A DNA stretch of 64,000 nucleotides, taken from a virus. The notes below the pieces were generated by a model. That model was not told the origin of the DNA. It did not search any database and saw nothing but the letters and a program-made list of their open reading frames with translations. The stretch is from positions 68,130 to 132,129 of the IMG/VR virus record IMGVR_UViG_3300030390_001877; one strand, given 5' to 3'. The translations under genes and the position numbers were made by a program. The stretch's first letter is position 1. Each line of letters starts with the position of its first letter. This document shows positions 50,784 through 60,863 of this stretch, in pieces.

Positions 50784-51289
50784 TCAAAGGTATTATTTGC
50801 ATCGACAAGAATGGTGGTATTGGGAAGGGTAACTCTCTCCTAACACACCTCCCGAAAGATTTACAACATTTCAAAGATGTCACTTCTGGCAAGAGTGTTG
50901 TTATGGGCAGTAAGACGTTTTACAGCTTACCCTTTAAATTAGGATTACCAGATAGAGAAAATTATGTACTTTCTTCTAAACTTAACGGTGTTGTATGGAG
51001 TAATGAGGGGTATCTAGATTTTATAACAGAAGGTGGTTTAGAAGAGTTAAAGCATAATATGAGTGGTGATACTGGTTGCGATCTGTTCATCATAGGAGGA
51101 GCGTCAATCTATTCTCAACTAGAACACTTTGTAGAAGAATGGATTATTACAGAGATTGATCACGTTTTCGAAGAAGCAGATGTTTTCTTCAAGCCAGACT
51201 TGACAAACTTTTATGATACGTTACAATTCAAAGATGTTTCCAGCGAGGAATATTCTGCAACAGTGAGTGTTTGGAGGAAGAAACAATAG
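50780..51289 (+). CDS. folA: Dihydrofolate reductase
   Basis: GGIGKGNSL...DLQHFK..T.GKSVVMGSKTF.SLP...LPDRENYVLS, IIGGASIY, DVFF. Confidence 0.93.
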   Translation: MIKGIICIDKNGGIGKGNSLLTHLPKDLQHFKDVTSGKSVVMGSKTFYSLPFKLGLPDRENYVLSSKLNGVVWSNEGYLDFITEGGLEELKHNMSGDTGCDLFIIGGASIYSQLEHFVEEWIITEIDHVFEEADVFFKPDLTNFYDTLQFKDVSSEEYSATVSVWRKKQ

Positions 51290-51394
51290 CTTTTAAAGTA
51301 AGTATCTCCTTACAACAAAAACCTATTGACAAAAGTATTATACTATGAAATAATACATGTCCTTTGAAACACCTTCCTAATTAGGAGAAGTATA

Positions 51395-51824
51395 TTGAAA
51401 CAAAAGAATTTTAAATGGAAAGCATTGGGGTTTGCAACCCTGCAAGAATATGAAGGATGGAAGTTTATGAATAATGAGGCAACTGTTTTCGATGAAATCG
51501 AGATGAGTAATCCTGAATTAGGTCATGATATCACCACAGGGAAAGAAACTTTAGAACATTTACGCAACACAGGAGAAGTAGTATATGAAGCAGTCTGATG
51601 AAGAACGTACATTTGTTATTGAAGGTAAGCATGATCTAAACAACGTATATAATCTTGCACAAATGGTTATTGATACAGAAAGTTATGTCACTTCTTCTGG
51701 AAAGGAGGTTTCTACTCCGAAGATACAAGATGCTAAGAATATTCAAGCTATGATAGAGAGTGCTACTGAGGACAAGGTTATTTTTAAAGAGAGTGAAGTT
51801 CTTTGCTTAGAAGGGGTTGTTTGA
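51395..51824 (+). CDS. Two hypothetical proteins (51395-51598, 51585-51824)
   Basis: ORF track, RBS, TTGACA upstream. Confidence 0.6.
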
Positions 51825-51827
51825 TTA

Positions 51828-54800
51828 ATGAATATTACTACAATAATAAAAAGTAACGGAGATGAAGTACCTTTTGACCCTAGTAAACTTAACCGCATGG
51901 CTGAGTGGGGTAATACTGTAGGTGTATGTTGGTCTGAGTTAGTGTTTGATGCCCTTAAAAAGGTAACTGACAAATGTAAAACTAAAGACTTGCAACAAGC
52001 ACTAATTGACGCTTGTGCCGAAAAACAAACTAAAGAACATATGGATATGGCAGGTAGGCTTTACTTAGGGTCTCTTTATAAAACTGTTCACGGAGGTTTT
52101 GAAACACGTCCTAATTTAACAGATTTCTACTATGATATGCTATCCAAAGGAGTATGGGAAAAGTTAAACTATGACGACACTGAGTTAGAGTACTTAAACG
52201 ATGTTTTAGATAATGATAAAGATTTGAATTACAAATTATCTACTATTAAACAGATCAGCATGAAGTATTCTAAGAAGTTTCAAGGTGAAGTTTGTGAGAC
52301 ACCTCAATATACTTTTATGGGTATAGCTATGAAAGCTATGGAAGCTCAACCTGAGGAACGTAGATTAGAAGATGTAACCAAACTTTATACATATTTAAGC
52401 GATCTAAAGATTAATATGCCAACACCTTTCCTAGCAGGTTTACGGACTTCCTTTAAAGGTTTTGCTAGTTGTTGTGTTATTAAATCTGAGGATACAGCAG
52501 ATTCTATAGAGAATTTAGTTCACGCAGCTTATAGATTCACTACTGCCTCAAGTGGAATTGGCTGTACATTAACAACTAGGTCTGTAAAAGATTCTATCCG
52601 TATGCAGCCAAGTAAACATACAGGTAAGATACCTTATTATAGATATTTACAAGGAGCAGTTAAATCTACCAAACAAGAGGTTAGAGGTGGAGGTGGTACA
52701 GTTCACTTTACGGTATTAGACCCTGAAGTTGAAACTTTACTTAGATTGAAACACCCTACGACAGTAGAAGACAGACGTATACGAGGTTTAGATTATTCTC
52801 TAGGGGCTACTAAGCTTTTAGCTGAGAAAGCTGCTTTAAAGAAAGAGTGGATGTTAGTTTCATACTACGATTCACCTGAACTTTATGAAGCTCATTTTAA
52901 AGGTTATGATGAATTTAAAAAAGCTTATCAAGAGTATGAGAAAAGTAATTCTCCTAGGAAGTACGTAAATGCTTTTGACGTATTGAAATTATTCTTAACT
53001 CAACGTGGTGATACAGGAAGAGTTTACCACACTTGGTTAGATGAAATGAACACGCATACTTCTTTTAAAGATCCTATTTATAGTAGTAATCTGTGTGTTG
53101 CACCTGAGACGCAGATTCTGACAGATAAAGGTTATCTAACAATTGCAGAATTGGAAGGTGAAACTGTTAATGTGTGGAATGGTGAAGAATTCTCCGAAAC
53201 TATTGTTCTTAAAACAGGTAAGGATCAAGAACTTGTAAAAGTTCTTACAGACAATGGAGAAGAATTAGAATGCACCAAGTATCATAAATTTTACGTAAAA
53301 ACTGGATACCACAAAGCAGGAATAAAGGAAGTGAAAGCTTTTGAATTACAACCAGAGGATAAGTTAATAAAGTGGGAGTTGCCAACCATCGAAGGAAATA
53401 AGGTGTTGCAATTCCCTTACGATAACGGTATTTTTTCCGCAGATGGTACGGAAGTTTTAAAAGCAGGAGAGAACCATAACCACCAACAAGTTATCCTGAT
53501 GGATCAGAAATTGCAAACTGAAAGTAGATTATCTTGTAGGTATAGTAAAAGGTTAGATCAAAAGGCTACACAGGGACGGATAGTACTTACTACAAACCTC
53601 TTACAAACTAAATACTTTGTCCCTAATGAAGAATATACTGTTGCTTCCCGTATGGACTGGTTGGCTGGGTATTTAGACGGGGATGGTTGCTATACTAAAA
53701 GTGGTACAATACAAGCTGCAAGTGTAGAGAAGGATTTCCTGTTACGGATTAAGCGTATGTTGGATTGTAGTGGAGTATTTTCGTCAGTTAGATTCGGTAG
53801 AGAGGAAAAAGAAAGTACTATGCCACCTCGACACAATGGTACTGGAAAAGGACGAGTATGTTCTTGTAAAACTCTCTGGGTACTTACCATTGCAAGTAAG
53901 GAGGTGGATAAGCTATTAGATTTAGGTTTGGTTACCGAAAGATTACCTCTTGTTCGGAGCATTACTGACAGAAGCTGTAACCATTTCGTGAAGGTACTAG
54001 ATGTTATAGGCCAAGGCCGCAAAGCTGACACATTCTGTTTTACAGAAAAACAACGTGGAATGGGTATGTTCAACGGTATACTAACAGGCCAATGCCAAGA
54101 AATTTTCTTACCCACTAAAGGGTTTGAAAACATTGTAGATATGTACGATGCAACAAAAGGGGTAGAAGCAGGAGAAATAGCTTTATGTTTCCTAAGCTGT
54201 CTTGTTGCGGGACGTGTATCCGAAGAAGAGTACGAAGATGTAGCATATTATAGTCTACTTGCGGTTGATAATGTTATAGATTTGATGGAATACCCTTTCC
54301 CTCAGGTAGAGAACACTGCTAAGGGTAGACGAAGTGTTGGTATAGGTATTACTAATCTGGCACACGACTTGGCTGTAAAAGGTTTAAGTTATTCTAGCTT
54401 AGAAGGTAAAAATTATATGCATAGGTTAGCTGAGATGCATAGTTATTATCTTCACAAGGCAAGTTTACGTTTAGCTAAAGAAAAAGGTAATTGTTCTCTG
54501 ATAAATAGAACTAAATACCCTGATGGTTGGTTACCTATTGACACATACAACAAAAATGTTGATGGTGTTCATACACAAGGTTTGCAGTTTGATTGGGAAG
54601 GTTTACGTAAAGGTATTATCGAGAACGGAGGAATTCGTAACTCTGTATTAGAAGCTACACCACCTGCAGAAAGTTCTTCTCAGGCTAGTGAAACTACTAA
54701 TAGTTTATATCCTATACGAGAGTATTACACAACTAAGCGTTCTGGTAGTATAGTCAATATCTTTGCAGCACCAGATATTGACAACCCAGTAATTAAAAGT

Positions 54801-55112
54801 AATTATGAACTAGCCTATGATGTTCCGTCTAAGGACATAATAGATTGTTATGCTATTTTCCAAAAATTCCACGGACAAGGTATCAGTGGAGATCTTTACA
54901 CGGATTATAGTAAGTACCCTAACGAGAAAGTTCCTCTGTCTGTTATGGTGGATTTATACTTTTATTGTGTTAAGATGGGTTTGAAAAGTTTGTATTACCA
55001 AAACAGTAAAGGTGGTATTAAAGAAGGGAGTAACGTACTGGATGATGTAACCTCTACTAAAATAGACAGTTTACCAGATGAAGAAGATGACTGTGAAAGT
55101 TGTAAAATGTAG
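51828..55112 (+). CDS. nrdA: Class Ia ribonucleotide reductase alpha subunit with ATP cone and intein
   Basis: ATP cone, ETPQY, PTPFLAG, FASCC, SNL|CQE after intein removal, GIGITNL, LKSLYY, C-terminal CESC. Confidence 0.95.
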   Translation: MNITTIIKSNGDEVPFDPSKLNRMAEWGNTVGVCWSELVFDALKKVTDKCKTKDLQQALIDACAEKQTKEHMDMAGRLYLGSLYKTVHGGFETRPNLTDFYYDMLSKGVWEKLNYDDTELEYLNDVLDNDKDLNYKLSTIKQISMKYSKKFQGEVCETPQYTFMGIAMKAMEAQPEERRLEDVTKLYTYLSDLKINMPTPFLAGLRTSFKGFASCCVIKSEDTADSIENLVHAAYRFTTASSGIGCTLTTRSVKDSIRMQPSKHTGKIPYYRYLQGAVKSTKQEVRGGGGTVHFTVLDPEVETLLRLKHPTTVEDRRIRGLDYSLGATKLLAEKAALKKEWMLVSYYDSPELYEAHFKGYDEFKKAYQEYEKSNSPRKYVNAFDVLKLFLTQRGDTGRVYHTWLDEMNTHTSFKDPIYSSNLCVAPETQILTDKGYLTIAELEGETVNVWNGEEFSETIVLKTGKDQELVKVLTDNGEELECTKYHKFYVKTGYHKAGIKEVKAFELQPEDKLIKWELPTIEGNKVLQFPYDNGIFSADGTEVLKAGENHNHQQVILMDQKLQTESRLSCRYSKRLDQKATQGRIVLTTNLLQTKYFVPNEEYTVASRMDWLAGYLDGDGCYTKSGTIQAASVEKDFLLRIKRMLDCSGVFSSVRFGREEKESTMPPRHNGTGKGRVCSCKTLWVLTIASKEVDKLLDLGLVTERLPLVRSITDRSCNHFVKVLDVIGQGRKADTFCFTEKQRGMGMFNGILTGQCQEIFLPTKGFENIVDMYDATKGVEAGEIALCFLSCLVAGRVSEEEYEDVAYYSLLAVDNVIDLMEYPFPQVENTAKGRRSVGIGITNLAHDLAVKGLSYSSLEGKNYMHRLAEMHSYYLHKASLRLAKEKGNCSLINRTKYPDGWLPIDTYNKNVDGVHTQGLQFDWEGLRKGIIENGGIRNSVLEATPPAESSSQASETTNSLYPIREYYTTKRSGSIVNIFAAPDIDNPVIKSNYELAYDVPSKDIIDCYAIFQKFHGQGISGDLYTDYSKYPNEKVPLSVMVDLYFYCVKMGLKSLYYQNSKGGIKEGSNVLDDVTSTKIDSLPDEEDDCESCKM
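53094..54092 (+). mobile_element. Intein (333 aa) with LAGLIDADG endonuclease and C-terminal Gln
   Basis: Begins CVAPETQILT, TKYHKF (block B), GIFSADG and WLAGYLDGDG, ends MFNGILTGQ followed by extein Cys. Confidence 0.93.
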
Positions 55113-55140
55113 TGTTGGTGTAGAATAGGAGTATAAATTT

Positions 55141-56478
55141 TTGGATACAAGTAATGTATTAAATATAGATAACACAGGTTGGAAAACAGGTAAGTACGAT
55201 TTGTTTCTAGGAGAAGAGTTAGGGTTACACGACTCTATCAACAGACCTTATCCACAACTTTTTGAATTATTCAAAAGATTGAAAAGTTTAGATTGGGCAG
55301 AGGATGAGATCGAATTAGAGAAATCAAGATTAGATTTTTTAAGTTGTGATAAGAATAGTTATGATGTTATGATTAAGACCTTATCTTTCCAGTACGAAGC
55401 AGATAGTTTAGCATCACGTTCTATTATATCTCTTTTTGCACCTTTTATATCTAACAGCGACCTAAGTCAGATGATGCTTAAGTGGAGTGAAAATGAAGCT
55501 CTCCACGCATTAACTTATTCAGAGATTATAAGGCAATGTATACCCAATCCTGACGACATTTTTGAAGAGATAGTCGCAGATAAGAATATTACTGACAGAT
55601 CACGTATAATTGCAGAGAACTTCTCTAAGCTGAAGACATTAGGGGCTAAGTATACTCTTGATAAAAGCTCGGTTGATAGGCGTGAAGTACAAAGGACTAT
55701 TTTATTAAGTTTATCTGCTTTGTATTGTCTAGAAGCTTTAGAGTTTATGGCATCATTCAGTTGTACTTTCTCTTTAGCTGAAAGAGATTTATTCGAAGGG
55801 GTTGCTAGTCTTGTACAAAAGATTATGATAGATGAGTCCATTCATACTAAAATGGATGAAGCAATACTTGATATACTTTTAGCTGATGAAGAGTGGTTAT
55901 CAGTTTACGAAGAGATCAAACCTGAAGTACAAGAGTTAGTAGACAGTGTGTACGAACAAGAACTATCTTGGTCAGAGTATATTTTCGAAGATGGGAGAAG
56001 TATACTTGGCCTGACAACACCTTTACTAAAAGATTGGGTCACTTACAAAGCTAATGTTATTTATAATAAGTTGGATTTGATTAAACCTTTCACAGAAGTT
56101 AAGGCTAACCCTCTTAAGTGGATGGATAAATGGGAAGATATAGATTCTAACCAACAAGCTGCTCAGGAAGCCTCTTTGAATAATTACAGGCTAAACTCTG
56201 TAGTAGATGATACGAAAGATGAGATTATCTTTGATTTTGGAGACAGAGAAAAAGCACTACCTAGTAGAGTTGTTGTTTACTCTAAAGAATCTTGCCCTTT
56301 CTGTGATAAATTGAAAGATTTCCTGAAAAGTAAAAACGTGTTCATAGAAGAGGTGAATATACTAGAGAGGGGTAAAGATTATCTTTTATCTAAAGGATTC
56401 ACTACTGTACCTCAAGTGTTTTCAGAGGAAGGTAATTATCTAGGTGATTGTACTTCACTAATGAAAACTTATAAATGA
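55141..56478 (+). CDS. nrdB: Class Ia ribonucleotide reductase beta subunit fused to a C-terminal glutaredoxin
   Basis: W.EDEI, ENEALHALTY, LEALEF..SF, DESIH; then VVVYSKESCPFC...TVPQVF...GD. Confidence 0.93.
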   Translation: MDTSNVLNIDNTGWKTGKYDLFLGEELGLHDSINRPYPQLFELFKRLKSLDWAEDEIELEKSRLDFLSCDKNSYDVMIKTLSFQYEADSLASRSIISLFAPFISNSDLSQMMLKWSENEALHALTYSEIIRQCIPNPDDIFEEIVADKNITDRSRIIAENFSKLKTLGAKYTLDKSSVDRREVQRTILLSLSALYCLEALEFMASFSCTFSLAERDLFEGVASLVQKIMIDESIHTKMDEAILDILLADEEWLSVYEEIKPEVQELVDSVYEQELSWSEYIFEDGRSILGLTTPLLKDWVTYKANVIYNKLDLIKPFTEVKANPLKWMDKWEDIDSNQQAAQEASLNNYRLNSVVDDTKDEIIFDFGDREKALPSRVVVYSKESCPFCDKLKDFLKSKNVFIEEVNILERGKDYLLSKGFTTVPQVFSEEGNYLGDCTSLMKTYK

Positions 56479-57197
56479 CACTTGACAAGAAAGGAAACTT
56501 TGTGGTAAAACAACCCAAATCAGAAGATGAATGTTACGAAGAGGATAATCTCAAGGAGAATACCCATTCTAAAAAGAAATATTCTCCTAAGAAACGTACA
56601 TTAGATGATAAGAAGCGTAGAAAAGCTAAACGTGCTTTGAAGCGTAGTTTTGAAGATTAAAATATTTTGAACAGGGATGTTCTTTTCAATAGGAGAAAAA
56701 TATGTCAGAAGAATACGTAAATGTTGGAACAGAGGGTCACATTGATTATGGTAATCCCCCTCAAAAACTAACACAATCACAAGTAGATGAAGCTTGTGGA
56801 AAGGCTAAAGCCCTTTGGGAAGATAAACTTTCTGAAAGTGGATTATCTCAAGAAGATTTTATTATCAAAGATGAAACAGGTTGGGTCACAGAATTCCTTG
56901 CCTACATGGAACTTGCAAAAAGGAATGTTGAGGGAGAAGGCTTAGTTATGCGAGAGATTGTTTCTGGAGTGGATATTGATTTAGGGGATAATGATGGTTA
57001 AGGGTATGTTAAAACTAGTTACTGGATTCTTAGATCGTTTCATGTGGCCTATGGTCATGATATTGTCTTGGGGAGGTACTCTCTTAGAAGATGGTGTTGG
57101 TTATTATGATGTAATCTTCTGGTTAAGTGTTGCTGTTATGAGTATACTAAATAAATTAAGTGGAGTTACTCTTGTAAAGGTTGTAGAAGATGAATAA
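56475..57197 (+). CDS. Three hypothetical proteins (56475-56660 basic; 56702-57001; 56991-57197 membrane)
   Basis: ORF track. Confidence 0.6.
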
Positions 57198-57666
57198 AAC
57201 TTTCGTATACCAAAGGCTTGCTCACGGAGAGGATTCTTCTTACGGAGTGTTGTATGACCCAGAAGGTGTTCAACAATGCTTTATTGTAGAGGATGAACCT
57301 CGTGAAGTGAAGGTTGATGGTGAAACACGTATCCATAAAGGTAAATACCTACTTAAACAAAGAAAAGTATTATCTGGTATGACAAAACGTTACCGTGAAA
57401 AGTATGATTGGTTTAAATGGCATCTTGAGTTACAAGACGTTCCTGATTTTGAGTATGTTTACTTACATATCGGAAATTTTGAACGTAATTCTGAAGGTTG
57501 CTTGCTTTGTAATTACAATATTGTAACTTCTGGGAAAGAATACTACGGAGGGAACTCTACTCAAGCATTCAAAGACTTCTACGAGAAAGTAAATAAACTC
57601 TTAGAAGAGGGTTATGAAGTGTATGTGGATATTCGTGATGAGAGTTTTGTTTTAGAACCTTTCTAA
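57190..57666 (+). CDS. DUF5675-like protein (L,D-transpeptidase-like fold; candidate peptidoglycan enzyme)
   Basis: SYGVL...CFIVED...KVDGETRIHKGKY...LQDVPDFEYVYLHIGN...SEGCLL. Confidence 0.65.
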   Translation: MNKTFVYQRLAHGEDSSYGVLYDPEGVQQCFIVEDEPREVKVDGETRIHKGKYLLKQRKVLSGMTKRYREKYDWFKWHLELQDVPDFEYVYLHIGNFERNSEGCLLCNYNIVTSGKEYYGGNSTQAFKDFYEKVNKLLEEGYEVYVDIRDESFVLEPF

Positions 57667-57739
57667 GGAGAAATAATGTTCGCAAAACTAAATGGTATGG
57701 AAAGTTCTTTTATTGAAATGAGATTATAAGGGGAAGTGT

Positions 57740-58585
57740 ATGGGCAAAAGTGATGTACGTTTACTAAAAGATATTGGAGTTCCTGTAGAAGAAATCCCAG
57801 CGTGTAAGAAAAGAAATCGGCACACTGTCCAAGATTGTAAAGAAGCTAAGAAAAAGCATTTAGGGAGAGATAATATTAAGAACGAAAAACATAAAGAAAC
57901 ACGCCGTCAAAGTGTAATACCTCTGTCAGCTAAATCTGATAATCAGCGAAAAGCTTTGAGATACTTCCCAGAAAAACAACTCACTCTGCTTAGTGGTAGT
58001 GCAGGTGTTGGGAAGACAGAGTTGGCCTGTTGGTGGGCATCTAAACTCTATTTAGAGGGTAAGATTGATAATATAGTTATTACCCGCCCTCATAAACACT
58101 TAGGGGAAGATTACGGCGCTGTTAAAGGTAATGATGCTGAAAAATTACTACCCTTCTGTATGAGTATGCTGATGAAATTTAAAAAGTACCTTGGTGTTGG
58201 TATCCTTCGTTCAGACTTCAAACTTGACGGTTTTGATACGTTATTCTCAGAAGCCAATGGTATCCAGATTGTACCTATTGAGAAGATTCAGGGTTTGTCT
58301 TTTGACGAAAGAACTTTAGTGATAGCGGACGAACTGCAGAACGCTACAATATCACAAGTTAAATCCTTATGTACACGTTGTGAACTAGGATCAGCTCTGA
58401 TTTTGTGCGGTGATGCCATACAATCAGCTTTAAAAGGTAAGAATGGTTTGAGTTATATAGAAGAAGTATTCACTGAACACCCTTATGAGAGTATTGGTGT
58501 GGTTAAGTTCACCCCAGAAGATAATTGCCGAGAAGGTGTTACTAAGCATCTTACAGGTATCTTCGAACAAGATGGACAGTGGTGA
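57740..58585 (+). CDS. phoH: PhoH-family ATPase
   Basis: GSAGVGKT, ITRP, QGLSF, ADELQN, CTR, LCGDAIQS. Confidence 0.92.
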   Translation: MGKSDVRLLKDIGVPVEEIPACKKRNRHTVQDCKEAKKKHLGRDNIKNEKHKETRRQSVIPLSAKSDNQRKALRYFPEKQLTLLSGSAGVGKTELACWWASKLYLEGKIDNIVITRPHKHLGEDYGAVKGNDAEKLLPFCMSMLMKFKKYLGVGILRSDFKLDGFDTLFSEANGIQIVPIEKIQGLSFDERTLVIADELQNATISQVKSLCTRCELGSALILCGDAIQSALKGKNGLSYIEEVFTEHPYESIGVVKFTPEDNCREGVTKHLTGIFEQDGQW

Positions 58586-58589
58586 TTAA

Positions 58590-58829
58590 ATGAACCAACA
58601 AGAATTCAAACAACTCTCTGACCAGATGATACCTTCTCTGCAAAAGAAACTTGATGAAAAAGGTGATGGTCAGCAGGTTATACAATTTCAGAAGAATCCT
58701 TTCCAACCAGATAACACTCTTATTGGAATAACTCTTTTCGAAGGAAGTGACTCTTGTGAAGTGTATTCACTTTTTAACGATGGAAATTCCGCCTACTGGA
58801 GTTTTCAAAATGTACAACGATTTAAGTAG
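58590..58829 (+). CDS. Hypothetical protein
   Basis: 79-aa ORF. Confidence 0.65.
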   Translation: MNQQEFKQLSDQMIPSLQKKLDEKGDGQQVIQFQKNPFQPDNTLIGITLFEGSDSCEVYSLFNDGNSAYWSFQNVQRFK

Positions 58830-58841
58830 AGGGAATAATAT

Positions 58842-59726
58842 ATGACTACAGTAGTAATTCATGATAACAAGGTGTACTGTGATTCACAGGCAACTGCGGG
58901 TAATATGATCTCAGATTATGATGTTGATAAGGCTGTGAACTTAGGTCAATGTATCGTTGTTGGTGCAGGACGTTGGTCTCATGTTGTAAAGTTCCAGAAT
59001 TGGGTAGCAGATAACGTGATGGCAGAAATCGCTCAACAAGAGCATCCTTATGCACAAATCCAGATGCCCGAGGAAATGGTTGAAGAAGATTTCCAAGGAG
59101 CTATCCTTTACCCCGATGGTGTTGTGGTGATGTTCGAAGGTGCTCGGGATAGTTATGAGTGTAATCAGCCTGTATTCCTTGGTAGCGGAACATCTTTTGC
59201 AGCAGGCGCTATTGCAGCAGGGGCAGACGGTGTTCAGGCAGTAATGTCTGCTATCCAACTAGACCCTTACTCAGGTGGCGATGTCAAAGTAGAAGGTTTC
59301 GAGGAAGAAAAAGAACCTCTTACAAAAGAGACCCTTTCTGAAATGTCTAAAGAAGATATTATTGCAACACTGTTCCCTGATGATAACGATTCTTGTGAAA
59401 ACAAGGTTGTTTCAGAAGAAACTCTTCAAGAAGTAGTATCAACCTTAGAAGAAGAGGAAGCTTGTCAGAGTATTACTGTTCTAGGTAAAGATGGTGAACC
59501 TTACGGAGAATTATTCTATCGTTGGGAAGATGGTGAACTTATTGATTTAGAGTTAATCATTGGTGATGAAGATATTATACCAATCAGTGTGTATGCTTTA
59601 GAAGATTACTCTTTATATAATATTCGTAGTTTAATGGATGATTTAGGTGTAGAGTATAAACGTAACCAAGGTAAGAAGAATCTTTCTAAAAAGTTAGTTG
59701 ATTATTTAGAGAATCATATTCAATAA
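58842..59726 (+). CDS. HslV-like Ntn-hydrolase protease with acidic C-terminal extension
   Basis: M-TT N-terminus, DSQAT, GAG, LGSGTSFAAGA, DPYSGG. Confidence 0.75.
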   Translation: MTTVVIHDNKVYCDSQATAGNMISDYDVDKAVNLGQCIVVGAGRWSHVVKFQNWVADNVMAEIAQQEHPYAQIQMPEEMVEEDFQGAILYPDGVVVMFEGARDSYECNQPVFLGSGTSFAAGAIAAGADGVQAVMSAIQLDPYSGGDVKVEGFEEEKEPLTKETLSEMSKEDIIATLFPDDNDSCENKVVSEETLQEVVSTLEEEEACQSITVLGKDGEPYGELFYRWEDGELIDLELIIGDEDIIPISVYALEDYSLYNIRSLMDDLGVEYKRNQGKKNLSKKLVDYLENHIQ

Positions 59727-59729
59727 CTG

Positions 59730-59782
59730 TTGACAAACAATAAGCCCTTTGCTAAGATTGAATCCTTGGTAGAGGGCTTTTT
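59730..59782 (+). promoter_or_regulatory. Promoter with -10 in the loop of a terminator hairpin
   Basis: TTGACA-17-TAAGAT; stem AAGCCCTTT/AGAGGGCTT then TTT. Confidence 0.7.
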
Positions 59783-59800
59783 AACGAGAGGAGGAATATT

Positions 59801-60282
59801 ATGAGAAAACGGGATAAATTTAAAACTATATCACCATTTATATTTACACTTTTGTGGTTAGGTATATTCGACAAGCTAAACATTACTGCTTCAGAGGGGT
59901 ATGCTGTTCCCGTAGTAGCTACTTTTATGTTGTTAGTTGGTGGGAGTATAATGATTACAGATTATATGTTAGATTTCTTTGATAAGAATGATAATGAAGA
60001 GGATGACTTATGAATAGCATAGACGAATTTAATGAAAATAACCCTTTGCTGGTAGATCCTACTTTCTGGGGTAATAGTGTTTATGGTAAGTTAGAAGATA
60101 GTAAGGAAGGAGAGTTACTTAAATTAAGTAAAATTGTTAATGTAGGTACTGTTCTTATAACAACATTAAACTCTCAGTATAGGTATGCTTTCACAAGCAG
60201 TGACGCTGCTGATTATTTCTTTAAAAGAGTAAGAGAATTAAAAAAAGGATGGGACTATTTCATGAAAGGAGAAAAACAATGA
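59801..60282 (+). CDS. Two hypothetical proteins (59801-60013 membrane; 60010-60282)
   Basis: ORF track. Confidence 0.65.
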
Positions 60283-60863
60283 ATAAAAGTTTAATGTTCA
60301 GTAGTGAGAATCAAAAATGGGCGACTAGAGAAGTCACTTTTCGAAGCATCGAACAACAGTTAGGACGTTCTTACAATGTAGATCCTTGTTGTGAGGAATC
60401 CACTGCAAAATGTAAATTATTTATCACACAAGAAGATGACTTGTTCAAAGTGGATAGTATTAGGGAGAAGTTTAACCTTGATAGGGTAGAGATGTTTGTC
60501 AACCCTCCTTATGGAACTATGCAGAGGAAATTCGTTGAAAAGGTTATTACTTTGTGTGAAGAAGGTAATGTTTTTGCAGATATTCTTATCCCCTCTCGCA
60601 CAGATACGCAACTCTTCCACGATATTATTCTTCCTAAAGCAAATGCTGTTTACTTTGTAAAAGGACGTATCACTTTTGGAGACAATGCTTACTGGGAATG
60701 GGTTTGGGAGCAAGAATATATTGACGGAAAGAAGAACTCTTTGTATAAGAAGATTGGTAAGATGAATCCTGCTCCATTCCCCTCTATGGTGGTTAGTGTT
60801 GGTGGTAGAGGTATTTTTCAGATGAGTACGTTAGAATTAGAGAAGGAGAAGTATAATGAGTAG
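60279..60863 (+). CDS. Phage Dam-type DNA N6-adenine methyltransferase
   Basis: KWAT, VDPCC, FVNPPYG, LIPSRTDT..FH, FVKGRITF. Confidence 0.88.
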   Translation: MNKSLMFSSENQKWATREVTFRSIEQQLGRSYNVDPCCEESTAKCKLFITQEDDLFKVDSIREKFNLDRVEMFVNPPYGTMQRKFVEKVITLCEEGNVFADILIPSRTDTQLFHDIILPKANAVYFVKGRITFGDNAYWEWVWEQEYIDGKKNSLYKKIGKMNPAPFPSMVVSVGGRGIFQMSTLELEKEKYNE

